DNA of 64,000 nt from Octopus sinensis (taxonomy: Eukaryota). Below are positions 59,387 through 64,000 of the stretch, piece by piece (position 1 is the stretch's first letter; every line of letters starts with the position of its first letter). A program made the translations under genes and the position numbers. The notes below the pieces were generated by a model. The model had not been told where the DNA came from, made no database searches, and saw nothing but the letters and a program-made list of their open reading frames with translations. Location of the stretch: assembly GCF_006345805.1 (NCBI RefSeq), contig NC_043011.1:6510001-6574000 (forward strand), in the 5' to 3' direction.

Positions 59387-62160
59387 TCGCTTGCCTCAAC
59401 CGGTCTTTGTGTCCAAGGAGGAAAGGCATTCATAAGTGGGCTGGGCTCACTTGTCCTGCCTGGTCTTCTCACGTACAGAATATTTCCAAGGTCTCCGTCT
59501 CTGGTCAGTTCCTCAGTGAGGCCTAAAGTTCGAAGGTCGTGCTTCACCACCTCGTCCCAGGTTTTTCCTGGGTCTACCCTCCTCTTCCACGGGTTCCCTC
59601 AACTGCTATGGATTGTCACTTTCTCACACACCTATCTTCATCCATTCTCGCCACATGACCATACCAGCGCAATCGTCTCTCTTGCACACCACAACTGATG
59701 CTTCTTAGGTACAACATTTCTCTCAAGGTGCTAACGCTCTGTCGAGTATGTACCCTGACATTACACATCCATCGAGCATACTGGCTTCATTCCTCACGAG
59801 CTTACGCATGTCCTCAGCAGTCACAGCCCATGTTTCGCTGCCATGTAGCATGGCTTTTCGTACACAACGCATCATACAGTCTGCCTTTTACTCTGAGCGA
59901 GGAGGCCTTTAGTCACCAGCAGAGGTAAGATGCTCCCTAAACTTTGCCCAGGCTATTCTTATTCTAGCAGTTACACTTTCAGCGCACCCACCCCCTACTG
60001 ACTTGTCACCTAGATAACGGAAGCTATCAACTACTTCTAGTTTTTCCCCCTGGAAAGTGACGGAAGTTGTTTTCTGCAGATTTTTCGGAGGTTAATGCTC
60101 CCGAGCATCTGCCACATACAAAAACTATCTTCCCAGTTAGCCTACCTTGACATTGCTGCACTCTTATGTGTCCATAGCTTACACTGGGTACATCTTATAG
60201 AGTTTCTACCTACACCTTTTCTACAGATCGACAGGGCCATCTTCCTGAAGATATTGTGGATTGTCTACCTTTCTACTTATTAGTACTTTGGTTTTAGCTA
60301 GGTTGACTCTAAGCCCCTTTATTCTAAACCCTCCTTCCACACCTGGAACTTCTCCTCCAGTTCTGATAGTGACTCAGCAATAAGAGCAAGGTCGTCAGCG
60401 TAGAGGAGCTCCCAGGGACAAGCCTGTCTTGAATTCCTCCGTAATTGCCTGGATACTATGATAAATAGGAGGGGCTGAGTACTGAACCCTGGTGGACCCC
60501 CAACCTCTACTTTGAATTCTTCTGTGTACATGTTGCCACCCTAACCTTACTTACGGCATCTCTGTACATGGCTTGCACAGTCCTCACCAGCCATTCATCT
60601 ATCCCTAGTTTCCTCATTGACCACCAATAAGGGATCGGGGACCCTATCAAAAGCTTTCTCCATGTCAACGAAGCTAGGTACAGGGGCTTATCTTTGGCTA
60701 GGTATTTCTCCTGCAGCTGCCTTACCATGAATATAGCATCAGTGGTACTTTTTCCTGCACGAACCCAAACTGCATCTCATCTAAACTAACTCTCTCTCTC
60801 TAATTAGTTGGGCTATGACCCTCTCCGTAACCTTCATTACTTGATCCAACAGCTTGATACCTCTGTAATTATTTGTATCTAGGCATCACCTTTACCTTTG
60901 TAGCAGTTGACTAGTATGCTGCTGCACCAGCCAGTCATTGGTATGACTCCTTCGTGTATCACCTGGTTGACTATACGGGTGACTAGTTATAGCCGACACT
61001 GCCAGATATTTTGAGCATCTCTGCAGTAATTCCTGATGGCCTGGGGCTTTCCCTGTCTTCATGCTTCTAATTGCCTTAGCTACCACGGAACTATCAACTC
61101 GGATAGCTGGTCCCTCTGTAGGGTCAACATTCGGCAGACTCTCTTTATCCCATTCATTTTCCTCATTCAGTAACCTTTCATAGTGGCGTCTCCAAGCTTC
61201 TCTCTTTGCATCCTCATTTAGCGCAAGTGAACCATCCTCCATGCGAACACATTTCTCTCTCCTACCACATCACGATTCTCTCTCACACACTGTCTTGCAA
61301 CACGAAATACCTCAAGTCTTTCATCCTCACGGCGCAGGACATTGGCAAATTTTCTCTTATCTGCTTCCCCTCTGGCTAGATAGACCTGTCTCCTAGCTTC
61401 CCTTCTGGCAGTCTGATACCCTTCCCTGCTACCAACCGTTCTTCCAGGCCTTCCAAGCCTGTTTCTTTTGTCTAATAGCCCTGTCAACAATATTGTTCCA
61501 CCACCACGTTATTTTGGGTCTTAAGGGGACTTTGCAACCAGCCACAGATCTGGTCAGCGGCTTTCAGCAGGTTGTCCCTCAGAAACGTCCAGTTGTCTTC
61601 TTACCACCCATGTGTAGCTATACCCCCTTCCACTTCGTCAAAGGCTTCAAGTAACATATCTCTAAATCTCTGTCATTCGCAGGGCTTCAAGCTTCCCGAC
61701 CCTTCTTCTCCATGTTGGTCGTCTTCTAGTCGCCCTCTTAGTCCTGATCCTAAAGTCACTAACTACCAGTCTATGTTGTGGGGTGCATTCTTTGCCTGGG
61801 AAGGTTTTGGCATTTTTAAGCAGCCATCTTTCCCTTTTTCTGGCAAGGATGTAGTCGATTTGGCTAGTATGCCCGCCCGATCGGTAGGTGACCAGTGGCT
61901 TGTTGGTTTCCTGAAGTTAGTGTTGCAGACCATAAGACTATCGCATCGCAGAACTCCAGCAGCCTGGTTCCCTCCTCGTTGGGAACCATAACCGTAGCCT
62001 CCATGTACGCCATGGAAGCCCCCAGCATGTCGTCCAACATGCCATTGAATCACCAGCCACAAAGAGAAGGTCCCTGGTCGTTCGTCGATGAGTGGTCTGC
62101 AGTAGGGTGTCATAGAAACTGTCTTTCTGTCCATCGGGTAGCCCTGGCTGAGGGGCATAG
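59387..62160 (-). mobile_element. RTE LINE remnant (endonuclease C-terminus, RT and C-terminal region), frameshifted
   Basis: [54 protein letters not shown] and VVKHDLRTLGL. Confidence 0.92.
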
Positions 62161-62179
62161 CCGATAATAATGGGTTGCT

Positions 62180-62936
62180 AATCTATTATGAAGCATACAT
62201 ACATATTATATATACATACATATATATATATATATATATAACATACTATATATATATATATATACATACATATATATATATACAACATATATATTATATA
62301 CATACATATGTATATATACATACATATGTATATATATATATATATATATACATACATATATATATATATACATACATATGTAATATATATATATATATCT
62401 ATACATACATATAATATAATACTACATATGTATACATACATATATATATATACATACATATATATATATACACATACATATGATACATACATCACATATG
62501 TATATATATAAAATATAATACATACATATATATATACATACATATGTATACATACATACATATGTATATATTATATATATACAACATATGTATACATACA
62601 TACATATGTATATATATATATATCATACATATGTTAATACACATACATACATATGTATATATATATATACGACATATGTATACATACATACATATGTAAT
62701 ATATATATATATAATATACATACATATGGGATAAATACATATTATATATATATATATACATACATATGTATACATACATACATATGTATAATATATAATA
62801 TTATATATATATACATACATATGTATATATATTATATATATATATATAGATATATACTACTATATATATATACATACATTGTACAACATACATATGTATA
62901 TAATATACATATACATACATAATATCATATACATAC

Positions 62937-63006
<70 letters not shown>

Positions 63007-63120
63007 TACATATATATACACATATGTATGTATGTATATATATATATATATATACATACTGTATGTATGTAATATATATATATATTATACATTGTATGTG
63101 GTATATATATAATAATATCA
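62180..63120. repeat. TA/TACA low-complexity tract (similar tracts at 49580-49935, 53460-53800 and 58240-58790)
   Basis: Direct reading of the sequence. Confidence 0.9.
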
Positions 63121-63466
63121 TCATCATCATCATTTAGCGTCCGTTTTCCATGCTAGCATGGGTTGACGGTTCACTGGGGTCTGGGAGCCCGAAGGCTGCA
63201 CCAGGCCAGTCAGATCTGGCAGTGTTTCTACAGCTGGATGCCTTCCTAACGCCACCACTCCGAGAGGGTAGTGGGTGATTTTAATGTGCCACCGACACAG
63301 GTGCCAGACGAGGCTGGCGAACGGCCACGCTCGGATGGTGTTTTTATGTGCCACCACACGGTGCCAGAACGAGTGGCAGACGGCCACGCTCGATTGTGTT
63401 TTTATGTGCCAACACCGACACAGGTGCCAGATGAGGCTGGCGGACGCCATATATATATATAATACA

Positions 63467-63845
63467 CTAGCAGTATCGCCCGCGTTGCTCAGGTTTGTAA
63501 GGGAAATAACTATAAAGCATTTTTAGAGAGTTATAGCCAAAAAATAGCAAAAAAATGGAAAAAATGATGGTAATTTTTTCTTTTAGTTAAAAAAAGGTGG
63601 GGTTGCGTCCCCTAGACAGTTTGTGGGTTGTGTTTCTGATTCTTGACCCCATGTCGAATTTATCGATTTTTTTCAGAACTGGGGAACTTTTCAAAATTTT
63701 CGCTGCGTTAGTTTTGAATAGGACATTGGGCTATTGTTTGTCAGTTTTCATCAGAATCGGTTGAAAGCCGTGGTCAGGGTGAGGGTACAAGCAAACAGAC
63801 ACACAGAAACACGCACAGACAAACTGCCGTTTATATAGAGAGAGA
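63467..63845 (-). mobile_element. Non-autonomous Helitron
   Basis: A|TCTCTCTCTATATAAAC 5' end and CCTGAGCAACGCGGGCGATACTGCTAG|T 3' end. Confidence 0.78.
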
Positions 63846-64000
63846 TATGTATGTATGTATGTTATTATATATATATTATCTATATATATATATAGATATA
63901 TACATATTATGTATGTATAATACATAGTATGTATGTATACATATGTATGTATTATATATATAGATATAATATCTAATGTATGTATATATATATATGTATA

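Noticed and set aside
58943-59698. 251-aa plus-strand ORF
   Set aside because: It runs antisense through SINE-C, the duplicated junction and the RTE 3' end, with no protein-like features.

Overview
Repeat-rich animal genomic DNA. The SINE, RTE and microsatellite content suggests an octopus or other coleoid cephalopod (inference). One protein-coding gene runs on the minus strand: an ADGRA-family adhesion GPCR (GPR124/GPR125-like). I assembled 14 GT-AG coding exons by hand from 39013 down to 11447, all in consistent phase and giving about 1641 aa: LRR, LRR, LRRCT, Ig, HRM, GAIN/GPS, 7TM and a roughly 700-aa tail ending in the PDZ ligand ETSV. The signal-peptide and first LRR exons were not found in the window. 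The LRRCT exon is present twice in a tandem duplication, which may be an assembly artefact. Introns and flanks hold RTE and CR1 LINE fragments, several tRNA-derived SINE families, a decayed piggyBac, a decayed mariner, MITEs, three non-autonomous Helitrons and a LINE-SINE junction amplified into a six-unit tandem array. The main unexplained signal is a set of short, mostly palindromic or foldback elements beside (TA)n tracts. At least six unrelated sequence families of these carry type I hammerhead-ribozyme-shaped motifs, several with variant catalytic cores (CCGACGA, UUGAUAA/GCAA, YUGMAAA). They look like Penelope-like-element-dependent non-autonomous retroelements, and some motifs lie in the sense orientation of the GPCR pre-mRNA. 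Ribozyme activity is untested, and every fold was derived by eye.
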